From Perna viridis (lineage: Eukaryota), in assembly GCA_037379345.1 (NCBI GenBank), contig CM074514.1:13392001-13456000 (forward strand): 64,000 nucleotides of DNA. Direction: 5' to 3'. Positions 1 to 12,142 of this stretch are shown one piece after another (positions within the stretch are counted from its first letter, which is position 1; the number at the start of each line of letters is the position of its first letter). Made by a program: the position numbers and the translations under genes. The notes below the pieces were generated by a model, which saw only the letters and a program-made list of their open reading frames with translations, did no database searches and was not told the origin of the DNA.

Positions 1-909
1 TATTTGAGAAATGTTGGTTTCTATTTCATAAATCGATCGGAGTTCTCTTTTCCAAACAGACACCATGATTATGCTCTGTGTCGATATTTTGTCTATAACA
101 CAGGGAATAATAATGTTTCATGGCCCCTTAACAATTGTAAATAACAATGATATCTGTGTCAACGAACAACAAACAGTATGAAGATCCTAGAGGAAGACAA
201 AAGCTATATATCTACAACGAAATTAAGAGTTCCTACTATTTTATTCTGGCATATATAAACAAAACAGTTTCTTTGTTGTTGGTTTTTTTTTTCTTACAAT
301 AACTAAAAAAAAATATACCACTCATACAATTTCTAACCATTTACTGCAGTGGTTTATCGTGGATAGGTTATTATAATAGCAAATTAATCCTCATTTTTTT
401 ATAAAATGGATTTTTTTTCAAGTCTGTTATGTTAAAGATAAAATAAAAAAACCCTACAGTTAGATTTTATTTTACATACCACTAAATCAACCAAATGAGC
501 TTTTAGACAGAACGTACGCAAAAATAGTCCTACACCAGTTTTAGTGCACATGTGTTATGTTGCTGTGGAAAAAGTGCACATCAAACCTACACAAGTGAGC
601 TTGTGTTTTGCAGGAATTATATTTTTACATAAAATAGTCACTGTAACTTACTGAATTAAATATTTTTTATGAATTCTGAATGAAGACCCCTTTTGTGAAA
701 TTGAGGGGAATTCCCATTCTATTTTTAGCTCATTGTCTTCTAGGAGCCAGTGTCACACTGCAAGGTATTTTCAAGGCTATTAGTGTAAAATTCAGCTTTT
801 ATGTTAAACTTAAGGTAAAAGGTCTATAACACATTAAACTTAGCAACATCAGTAGTTTGTATGTAATAATAAAATGATGCCAGATACTGGAATTTTAAGA
901 CTTGCCATT

Positions 910-1020
910 GACTAGCAATCTAATTAGAATCAGACCTGTCAATTGTACCATTCAGTAACATCATGTAGTGACTGAATGGAACAATTGATACAATCTAATT
1001 TTAATCAGATTGACCGACTA
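910..1020. mobile_element. Small fold-back (MITE-like) palindrome
   Basis: ~45-bp imperfect inverted arms caatctaattagaatcag...cattcagtaac and gtgactgaatgg...aatcagattg, with a short spacer. Confidence 0.6.
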
Positions 1021-2697
1021 TAATCATTATATATAGACAATTTTAAAGACGAAAAAAATAATATGCTTCATACAAAATCAGTATACAAATTCTACATTAA
1101 ACTTCGTCATTGTTAAGGAATAGTTTTCATTGAGACTGTATCATGTTAATGAATAACGCATGAGATATCCAACATTTACATCAAAAGTTGATTTTAAGGT
1201 AAATGACTTACAAAGTGTTATGATTCGATAGTGTTGATAGAATATGCATTGGTTGATCGGTAAAGCGCCGGAAGTACAGAAAGATCTAATGTTTCGATGT
1301 AGTTTACCCAAAAAAAAATAGTCTTTAAGTTTTCATAACAGCGTAAAATCACGGAAACAGAATTGTGTCTAGCAGTAGACCGTACGAAAATCTCAGATCT
1401 TGAAAGTGGCGATTGGGTTGTTTAACCTTAAACAATTGAGATGTTCAAAGCGATTTGCATTTGGTGACAATATCTTTTTATTTCATTTTTTTAAACATTC
1501 AAAACCCTGACTTGGGAGGATGCCATTCAAATAATTAAAAAAAAATATACGAACACACCAATCAGTGTTGATTTTTTTTTCTATAGAATTCACAACTAAC
1601 GTTTAAGTTCAAAGCTAATTTATTGTAGATTATTTATTAGAAAAATCTGTATATATCTTGACGTTCTTGACTCCAGACTTTAAAACTATATACAGTTTTG
1701 TTCCGGATTAAGAAATAAATGCTCGTCACGTTATCTGTAATTAAATAAAATCATTTGTATCTACCTCAATTATTTCCAAGAGCTATCAAATTTAACAAAC
1801 ATAAAACTTGGAAGGAGGATCTATAGTCTGGTGTAATACAAAATATCTCCTAATTAGAACATTAAGTAGACTTTGGAGTTTTTTGTGTGGTATAAACTAG
1901 TAATGTAAAAAAACTAATGCATTACAAATTAGGGCATCAACTGAAAGTTATTAACAGATGTTATAAACAGACTTTTCCCCAAGGTCACAAGTAAATAACT
2001 TGGAATTAATAACACTATACTAAATCCCTGGTACGGACAGGATAATGCTTCCGGCGAACACCACTATCATCTATATTCATACACATTGTACAATAGGACA
2101 TTATGTATTAGTTGGATACAATCCATTAGGATACTTCTCACAGCTATATAAATCAAAAGATCTCAATTCATTCTGTGTGCATTACTTGATGAATTACATA
2201 AGTACTAGCTGCTAGTATTTTCACAGAGTTCTAGCCTGTTTTGTAATAATATGATTTACTTGTGTCTTGTTATATCATTGTACAAGAGACTGCAGAGTTA
2301 AGTTTTAAATAATGCAATCAGTCTTAAAAACAAAACATTGCTGATTCCTTGAACATATTTTGTTTAAGTTTCATATGGTTATAATAATAATTTCTGTTGT
2401 GTTGTCAATTTAAACAGCTATCAAATGGTACAAGTCAAAATGTAAATGTTATATCTAAATATTGTGTTGCAGAATACTGCATTTCATTGTTAGGCTACGA
2501 CAATTTTTATCCAAAGGGGGTCAGGGAATATTAGGCTGGGATTTGATGTTGGATCAGATTTTTTTCGCGCAGCAACCAAAATCAATATTTTTTATTAGAA
2601 AACCTGCTTGTTAAGTATTGGGAAAATGTACAAAAATACATTAAATCTTTTTTTTCAATGGATGAACAAAAAAAAACCCTTTTGAGGCACTACAAAC

Positions 2698-2930
2698 CTC
2701 TTTCAGTGTTGAATTGATTTGCGGTAAAAGTTTGTGTCCTCCCGTCAGCCCCCGTCGAGCATTTACTCTGTACCACATTGAACTGTGGTGTTCGTTCTGT
2801 GCTATTTTTGCCGCTGCAAGTTTAGCTGCCTTTTCTTCAGAAAGATCCCTGTTCCGCCCAAGTTCTTTTGCTAGATGTATGATTTCAGCTCTTTCCTCTT
2901 CGGCATTCGTACTTTCACTATTGTCGTAAT
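2698..2930 (-). CDS. SLC8A: Gene B coding exon 2; the gene continues beyond the left edge of the window
   Basis: Minus-strand translation (D)YDNSESTNAEEERAEIIHLAKELGRNRDLSEEKAAKLAAAKIAQNEHHSSMWYRVNARRGLTGGHKLLPQINSTLKE; enters in phase 1; homologous to gene A exons 2+3. Confidence 0.9.
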
Positions 2931-4564
2931 CTTTAAAAATAAATTTGTCTTATAAAAGATATTTCTTTTCATAATTATAGTCAACAACAACCATACACTT
3001 TGATGGTGATAATCGTTGGATTAAAACGTTTGATTAAAATATGATAAATTGCAATGATAAATGTTAACCGCAATATATACACATCTAACAAAATAGGGTT
3101 ACCTAAATCTTAAAAGCAATATACAGTTTAATTGCTTTGTATTATGTTATCACAGTTCCAGATAAATACTACGACAACAACTCATGCAACTACTTTTTCC
3201 CAAAGCATACAAACAAGCATTTAGTTGGTGTTCATTCCTTGCACTATCTCCATAACCGATCAATAGTACATTATATCAAAAAATGTGCATGGACAAAGAA
3301 GTAGTAACAGAGTAATAGACATTTTTTTTTTATTTATTGCTACTGTAGTCACATGACTTTAAACGATGTAATACTGTAATATGTAATACTAAAATAAGAG
3401 CAGCTTAGAGAAACATACGTATTTGAATGGGATAAAAGTAAGCTTTACTTTAACTATCATTCTGTTCCCTTAATCGAAAGTTTGAAACCAAGCTTGTTAC
3501 AAATATAAACCATCTTATGTAGATGCACACAAAGGTTTTGGAATTTCAAACATGGCCACCATTTCAAAATGGCCGAGGTTCAAATTTTAAAAAATATGTC
3601 AAAAAATTACAAAAAATGTAGAAGGACATACTTAGTTTGAAAATAGGTCACCAGAAGGGCTGCCCATCGGCCATATTAAAAAATCAAAAAGTGGCCGTCA
3701 TACAAAGATTTATTAAAAAATAAGAATATAAAAAGAATAATCATGGAGAAACTGATTTAAAATGCTCCCGTGACAACTTGGAAGCTCGTGGAACATTCTA
3801 TTACGCTGTGCGTAATAATTATATCTAGTTGCATTTAATTTACATTTGCATAAGACACAAAAGCAACCGAGCATTGCAACATAAATCTGCAAGTTATGAT
3901 ATCACGCAAATATGGTATGATCTTGCAGAATGTAGGACAAGGTTACGAAAAACTTTTTTACAAACTAAAATGGTAATAGTTAATTGTTTTTGTTTGTTTG
4001 TTTTTTTTTTTGGTTTTTTTTCATACTTCTTTCATACTTTTGTTAATATAATGGTATACTATTTGCGTGATATTATAATATAAGACTAAGGCCACAATAA
4101 GTAGACACTACCAAGCTGGCAACGTTAGCTTAACACAATATACATTTGTTCATTCCATGTTAGTAAAGTACTGAAATATGGCGACACTGTAGATTCAAAC
4201 TTTTATCGTCTTATGGTAAGTGAATAATGAATGATAACTTAAATCATATTCTCTCTGTAACTGTACATGTATCAAATAAGTAAAGCTTAAATAACAGCAA
4301 AAAAAACCAGTCAAATACGATGTAACGTAAAAGTGAATAGTTAAAAACAAAACTCAAAATATTGGATTGTTTACCACTTTTTAAACAAGGACAATGATTG
4401 GGTACAGACGATAAAGATTTGAGTCTTGGGGATTTGTTAGATTTCATGCATCCCTGTTACCTATTGTTATGCGCACTTTGACATCTTTAATCGTAGTATC
4501 TGATTTTTCACCTAAATGAAATAAATATTTACAATATTGAAGTGATCACTACAGATGTTTTTTT

Positions 4565-4828
4565 ATGGTCGTCATCATGAACGATCAATACGGTGTTTCC
4601 ATGAGCAACTCGGCAGGTGTTTCTAGAAAACCAAAGGACTTTTACCTTACCGGTGCACCTGGTCCATGCTTCCAGTTTTTAGTGAAGTCCGAGTTGCTCA
4701 TTTGCTTTTATTTATATGTACATATTATTTTGGATTTTCATGTTTTTGTCTGTTTTCCCTTTCTAGTCTTTTATCTTTGAATTATATTGTTTTGATTTCT
4801 GCTCGAATCTTGGTTCCCTTGATTACAC
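4565..4828 (+). mobile_element. Penelope-like (Naiad-type) 3' fragment
   Basis: Same ctagaaaa...ccggtgcacctggtccatgct tail as 43400-43520 and 44660-44905. Confidence 0.8.
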
Positions 4829-5313
4829 AAATTTACCTAACGGTGTACCTTTTCTCAAATAACAAAATTATTACACCTATCCCAGAAGTGGCAGTAAGTT
4901 GTAATTCCCAGTCCATAATGTATGGCCTTGTCTATATATCATGCACAGGTTTGTTTATCACATATCTTTAATAATCTCTGCAATGTTTTTTTTTCAACTA
5001 GGAATGTTGTATATTAGATAATTTATGACTGGCTATGGTGCAAAAGTGTGTACAAATTTAGGAGAGAGATTTCCCTTATTCCCTCAAAGAAGATTGTCAC
5101 GGATGGGTGTATTGATACAAAAGTATAAATATTGCAGTATTTTATTTTTAATAAATGCGAAAATTCATAATAAATATGCTCGTACTGAAAATTGAATAAA
5201 GCAAGACAACATATTTTTTTTTAAATTCTGGAATTTATCTTGAAAGGTTCGATGACTAATTAATTCTTAACTAAAAGAAATATAATTATATGAACAATGA
5301 AATCAGTTGAGCA

Positions 5314-5582
5314 GACTACACAGGAAAAATTATTTCACGTGATTTTCGCATGAATTTCATATGATTTCCACCTGAATTGAGCAAATAAACTTCGTGATAA
5401 ATTTCACTTTAAATTCAGGTGAATCGAGTCTTCACATGAAATTCACGTGAATTGATAACATGAAAGTAGTGTTAAGTGAATTTCACGTTAAAATCACGTT
5501 AATTTCATGTGAAATTCACATGAATTTCACATGAAGCTCGATTAACATGAGCTTCACATGAAAAATATTTGCCTGTGTAGTC
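5314..5582. mobile_element. MITE with GACTACACAGG TIRs and many internal TTCAC(G/A)TGAA palindromes
   Basis: gactacacaggaaaaattatttcac ... gaaaaatatttgcctgtgtagtc; more than 10 internal copies of the motif. Confidence 0.8.
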
Positions 5583-8500
5583 GTTCATCTCGATGTGATT
5601 ATTCCATGATAGTGCATTTTCTACTTAGATGCGACGTAGATAAAATCATTCCTCTTCATTTAGGTAATAATTGATTTACGGAGAATATAAGATTTTCAAT
5701 GATTAATTATTTGATAAAAAATGTAGTAAGTCTTGCTATTGTCTGTCACCTTCAATATTGATCTGTTGTAATAATGCAAGACTTTATCATTGTTTCGTAA
5801 GATTGTTTAATTCAGCGTTTCCAACGAGAAGATTTTCTATGCGAACTTTGGTGAACTTAGTCAATGCCAGGACAGAAGAAGATATCAAGTATAGCATAAT
5901 ATGTATGATTGAATTGGGGTTACTAACTCCATCATATATTACTTGTCTTAATGACAACTTAATTAACAAAAATATAGAAACACCTTCCTATGTAGCTATA
6001 GTGTTCATAATGACGATGATGAATTTTAATGAAAAGAAGTGCTTTTTATACAGTCTAAGTACAGATCATACAAAAGCTACTGTGTATAAATATATAACAA
6101 AGAAAAGTAAATACGTCATGATAAGTAAAATGCTTTCTGTATTTATGGTTTATATGTAGAAAAACAGGATCTAATTAGTATAAAGAACAAACAGATGATG
6201 ATACTAAAACTATAGCCATAAAAACATAAGCATAAAAACACTTGGTAAATGGATGATTTTGCATCTAAGGTGACACACACTAAAATAATCATTGTCCAGA
6301 AAATTACTGAAATAGCAAAATGCAATGTTTTATAAAACGGACAGAAAAATGATAAGGTGAATATTAAACACGCCGTCACAATAAGTATGGAGTGCCGATA
6401 TGGCAGTTAGAATATATTGAGATGTATGGAAATATTAAGTTGTTGTGAGATCAGCATCAAAACACAACAAATGAACCGTAAAGACTGACGAATAGATCAG
6501 AAACAAAGATGCATTGATTCCTGGCAACATATGAAGAAAACGCTATTCAAGACGCATGAATAACTGATCATTTTGAGAGCAGATAGAGATAACAACCATC
6601 GACGATATGTAAAAAAAAAACCAAATAGAATCAGAGACACACAAAGTATACGTGGTTTAAAGAGTAGAAAAGTATCAAAAATCAAAGAAACGTGTATAGC
6701 TGGTTTTGTGGAGAAGACGCATGAAATGTTGGTACAGAATACATACTCTTGTTCATGCAGTTAAGTTTAAGACCACGATTTCTAAGTGAATATTTTGAAA
6801 ATAATGAAAGCAACAAAACTGTCCGAAACATACACTCTTCACGGTTAAAAAAACCGTTTCACATATATTTGTATTACAACTAAATACTCCAAAATTCAAT
6901 AAGCACTCATATATACATTTGAAAATGACAACTAAGTTGATAGTGCATGCGAGTTGGCCAATTGTCAGATAAGAAGAAATATTCACATAGTGTTTTCTAT
7001 ATTAACTAGTGCTATTAGTAGATGTTAATTAGTAAAGGTTCATTCCCCGTGCAACTAGATTACGAAAATAAAGACCAAATTTCTTTTCTACATTACCTTC
7101 GGTACTCTTCGGTCCTGGAATGAGAATATTTGCGTCTTAAAATCGGCGTAAGGATTTTTATATGGTTTGTCCTAACAATGATGATAAAAAATATACCAAG
7201 CTTTTGGCTAATAAGTGTCTCTGGCTGTTATACGATGTAATTAAAAAAACGCACACAAAAAAAAATGTTCAAACATTAATAATAAAAAAAGAACTTACTA
7301 AACATCATTGATTTACAAATTGACATGTCCTTATCAAAAATCTTGTAACATGGGACTTTGATGAGTCATTTGCATGTCATTACATCATTGTTGCAAAGTT
7401 TCTAGCAACGAACTAAAGCACTTCAAAGAGATTGGGATTAATGCAGCAACAATTATAGTATAAGTCTCAGAAAGAATAATTCATGCTCTTTGTTTATAAA
7501 AAAAAAAACAAAAAAAAAACATCAGCACAATCACATATTTAAATGGATAGACGTTGAGTTCCTCCTTTCCTAACACACAGATATAATTGTAAAATGTGTG
7601 TAAACAGACAAGGCATATTACATGTAATATTTTTGCAGAAACGAATTTTATTCGTGTTTTACAAAAATCTTCGATCATTCACTAATTATGCATATTTCGA
7701 GTCGTGTTCTTGAAAGTTGATGTAAATTTACAGTCGTCAACTGAACGATATATAACAAATGTTCAATAAAAATAATCAATTACCTCCTGTAAGTAAACAA
7801 GCATTATTTTGAATTGAAGTGGAAAGGTTGTTCTTTGATAAAGCAATGGCGTGATATAATCCAATGGTTCCAATTACGTAATACTGTCCTCAAACACATT
7901 AAACAGAATGACGTGTTTGTAGTGATTCTGGGTTTGAACAGCCGTTCATTTTCCTTTTATCGTTATTTCCTTATAACTGAAAAAACTGCCATGTGTAAAA
8001 TTCTGGCAAAGTTCTTACTTACAGAAACAGGATAGGGTCTAGTCGTATTCATTTGAGCAACTTATTATTGTTAGATATCACTCAGTATATTTTAATACAT
8101 AGATCGACGTTGAAGAATTAAAATAAGAATGTAAATTGTGAAATATTTTCTGTATCAATACGTCAAAAAAAGATAAACAATCATAAAAGTTGTGCATTCT
8201 GTAATGATGGATCTAATGTAACTTATAAAATCTCAGGGTAAAATTAACCATTCTAATACTCATAGATGTACTATGTTACCAATAAGAATCTTTGAATCCA
8301 TTTTTTTTTCTTAAAACCTCTATACGTGCCAGGTGTCTAAAAGCCGTAACTGTCAGACCTTCTATCATCAAAACAAGTTTTACAGACGATTGTAAAAACA
8401 AACAAAACGTGACTGATCGTCAAGTTTTGATTGTTTTCCGAATAAATTAAACATCACATAAAATCATCAAAAACCATGATCACTTAATGGAATTTGATAA

Positions 8501-10191
8501 GAGAAAGAGTAAACACAATATGGGGGTTGTTTTGTAATATTTTATATTTATGATTGGCGGTTAGTCAGTGACTCTTTTTACAATATATTTGATTACCGAG
8601 AGAAAATATGTATGTGACATTTCCAAAACATGTTTTTTAAGCTAATCAATTCATTTAACATCCTACCATGAAACCTCTTTTCAAACGATGCGTTTATTAG
8701 AACTTGGCTGGCAGAAATAACCACAAAAAGTTAGAATTCAACCAGGTCTATTGATTTCTGACATCTTCGTAAAATATTCCGTTCTTTGTGGAACCTTTTG
8801 AATGTTAGCTAAAGTGCTTCACAATTCAATTTACATTTGCATTAATACCCTGCAAAATATCCGCTGCCTCTTTTGATTAAGCAGTAATGGATAATCAAAA
8901 GATCTTTCATGTGTTCAAATTATTCAATAATATAGCAATTTCGCTAACATTTTATAATGTAATAGTCGTATTTGACTTTCTTACGTCAGAGTGAGAACAA
9001 TATGTGACCACTAAATGGTTTTGAATTTTGAGATAAAATGTTTGGTCAGTCTGTCACAGAAATCTCGGGAAGGCAGTGGAAATTACATTGAAATTAAGCT
9101 TTGTTTTTCTTGTTTGTTGTAATTTTTTGTTCTTTTTTTTTCGTAGTACTTTATTTTCACATTTTATGAAACCTTATTCAGGTAAAAAAAAGGAAAATGA
9201 AAAGCGATTAGGAGCTACAAATAAATCAACGGAACTTTAAATTGATTAATTTTGGAAGAAACACTTGGATTGGCCGCTCAATAATAAGTCATGTACATGT
9301 TTTACTGCAAAACTGTAATGAATAAATATTCTATGACCATGGGTTTCTAAATCTGAAGAATATGAAATAAAGCTTTCCCCAAAAGCAAGCGAAGGTGTTG
9401 AATTATTCAGATTTTATGTATCTAGATTCACATAATTTCATGTCTATATTACTTGTGTCCATACAGCTAATTAAGGGGGTGAACGCCTATCTGAATATGA
9501 ATATGCATGTCTTGTCTTGTCTTGTCTTGTCTTGTCTTGTATTATGTTTTGTGTGTGTATACGTATGCCAGTATTGCTCAATTTTTCATTTCCAAAAGCT
9601 AAAGGCAGCCTAAATCTCATCTCCACTATCTAGGTTAAATCTGTAAAATTTAATTGTTTTGTTTCTCTGTTTTGTCATTTTTTTCCTTACGTCTACAAAG
9701 AGAATAGCTATCATCGGTACTACTTGTATTCTCCTTTAGTGTCACCACAACTTGCCTGATCACATTTTTCTCAAACTTTAGTTTTTATATTTTCTTATCT
9801 TATCATTATTTTGCTTTCAATTTTGCTTTCATGCTTACGCACGCAAATAAAATTTATGAACAAAAACAAAACGTCATGATGATTCGTCTCATGACTTGTT
9901 CAAATTCATTTGTGAATTTTACATAATAGTTGCCGCGAATATTGCTTTGAAATGATACTGAAATATAGACCCTTCCTCAGCAACGAGCGGTTCAAATAGT
10001 TTAAATCAAGAGTAGGCTGACGAAGAATTTAATCCATTTCACCCATGAATTCAGTAGAAAACTAGGACAATGTAGGACGGTGGGAAATCTCTCCAAAAAT
10101 TTAATATCCACCATGTGGTTAAAAATCCTCGTGCATTTTTAATCACTGGCTTGTAATGGGAGAAATATAATAACACCTATATTAAGCTTAC

Positions 10192-10849
10192 CTATTCCAA
10201 TTTCCACTTCCGAGGACGTTTTATTGCTTCTTTTACAACAGAAACGTTTGTCAACAGCGTACGACACCAAAATTAGCATAGGAAAAAACAAAAATGTGAC
10301 AACTGCCTCCCATAAATCCACAACGTCGGGTGTGATCACCATGAGCACTAATGCAAGCCATACGTAAGACAAAAGATTAAAAACTGACGTCACAACATAC
10401 ACAGGAACAAGTTTAATTCTTCTAATTTCGTTTTTCGGTATACAAATGACACAAATAGCGGTTATAGCCAACAAGTTAAAGGAAGCTGATCCAACAATAG
10501 TTCCAGGACCTAGCTCTCCTGCCACAAATTTATTTCCACATATTTCTATCACATTGAGCAAAATTTCTGGGGCGCTAGTACCGAAAGCAAGAAGACTTAA
10601 ATTAGCGACAGTGTCATTCCACACTTTAACTTCTACGTCTCTCGTACCCTCTTTTACTTCTGAATCTGCTATCTTAACTATTCTAGTCTTACTAGTAATT
10701 TTTTCTATTGCGCACATGAACGTATCTGCTACTATAGCTATTCCAAGAAATAACCATAGCATGGCAACTAAGTAGAGAATTGCCCGAACTGCAACATGCC
10801 AGTTCGATTCATCCAGAATAGGCAAGATCAGTGCCGTGCAGTTCGACAT
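10192..10849 (-). CDS. SLC8A: Gene B coding exon 1: second NCX paralog (exon begins at 10871)
   Basis: MSNCT...VWNDTVANLSLLAFGTSAPEILL...GPGTIVGSASFN; tttcag acceptor; in-frame upstream TAA; AG|GTAAGC donor, phase 1. Confidence 0.95.
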
Positions 10850-10992
10850 CTTTTAAATTATCTTCTTATTCCTGAAATCAGAGAGAAATACGAATCAGTA
10901 TACAAAAATTATTACTGATATGCCTATTCTAAAACAAATATCTACACTGTTAATGACCATGGTGTTTGCATTTACAAGATAATTGTTAACAA

Positions 10993-11308
10993 TTGATTGA
11001 TTGTAGTTTTACATCATATGGCAGTTATTTCATGCATTTCAGGACGAGATCTAGTCTATCCACTTATCGAACAGACCCTGCTTTGTGAATACGCAGACCC
11101 AGATTTTAATGTTCCGGCACATAGGATCGACAGTCCGAAGAAGAAAGACGTATTATTCCAGTTCGGCACTTTATTTCAGACTCCGGGCTATTCAGTCGTC
11201 ACTGTTCAGCGGAGAAGCAGTGATTCTTCGGTATAATCCATCGGGGATCGAATCCACGACTTTGCACGTTCCCATACATTCTACCGCGAGGCAATCGAGC
11301 CGGTTTTG
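10993..11308 (-). mobile_element. tRNA-derived SINE (V-SINE-like), decayed
   Basis: Minus strand: A-box-like ttgcctcgcggtaga, B-box-like gattcgatcccc, tgcttctccgct core, (CAAT)n tail. Confidence 0.65.
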
Positions 11309-11610
11309 TTTCAAATATCATTGCTACTGACAGAGATGCATTGTCTTTTGTTATAAACTTCTATTTTAACATACAAACTGACTTTTATAGAAATATAAAA
11401 CTACATAAAAGGTTTAATCGTCTTTGAATGGATTAGTAAGTTACTTATGAATGTCAACAAATCTATTTTTAATTCGTATTCGTTAAAAATGTGAAATCAA
11501 CTAATGTTTTCAATCCAAGTTGGTGGTACATTTGGAATGGTGATTGCGGCAATATTTGACCATCATTAACATGGGATTAAAACAATTATACAATAAATAT
11601 CAAGAACAAA

Positions 11611-12142
11611 AACACTGTGCAGGTGGTATATTGAACTCAGAAAGTATGTTAGGCCTGCAGCAAGACTAAGCATGTCGTAAAAGGCGACTAAATAGTGCTC
11701 AGAACCCTAGCAGGGGCTAGGGCGCTCTGCCCACAGAGCAACTGCGTTGTGTGCCCCAGGTGGTGGAATGGGGTACCCCTGGCGAGTTACATGCTGGGGT
11801 TGTCAGGCTATAATACGGAAAACCTGACCGCAAACCATAGTGGTGCACCGTGTTGGGAAAGATGTCACGTTCCTCACACATTAAAGAACCCTACTGTGGT
11901 ATTCTCCCGTAGTGGGAACCATAGGACTCCGCCACAGGAGGCTAATTTGCCCGACCCTACCCACCACTCCCTATTTCCAGTGGCAATCAAAATTTGTCGA
12001 CCCCATTATCCTTGTGTCCCATCCCATTTTTCATTTCATCATTATTTCATGTTCATTTTATCATCCACTTCATGTTCATCATCTGAATATAGCTGAAATA
12101 TTGCTACTCGGGCGTTAAACCCCAACAAACAAACAAACAAAC
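11611..12142 (+). mobile_element. SINE-like non-autonomous retroelement, copy 1 (structured non-tRNA head, Meta/MESC-like core, (CAAA)n tail)
   Basis: Near-identical to 32535-33056 and 33425-33867; core cacattaaagaaccc; tail atagctgaaatattgct...ggcgttaaaccccaacaaac. Confidence 0.85.

Noticed and set aside
5758-9613. Assorted 60-130 aa ORFs in gene B intron 1, and similar ones across the intergenic DNA
   Set aside because: AT-rich, low-complexity translations with no motifs or consistent splice phases
10446-10775. Plus-strand ORFs similar to each other (also 58326-58562, 49827-50135, 53901-54125, 2714-2929)
   Set aside because: Antisense shadows of NCX exons; their similarity comes from the conserved sense strand
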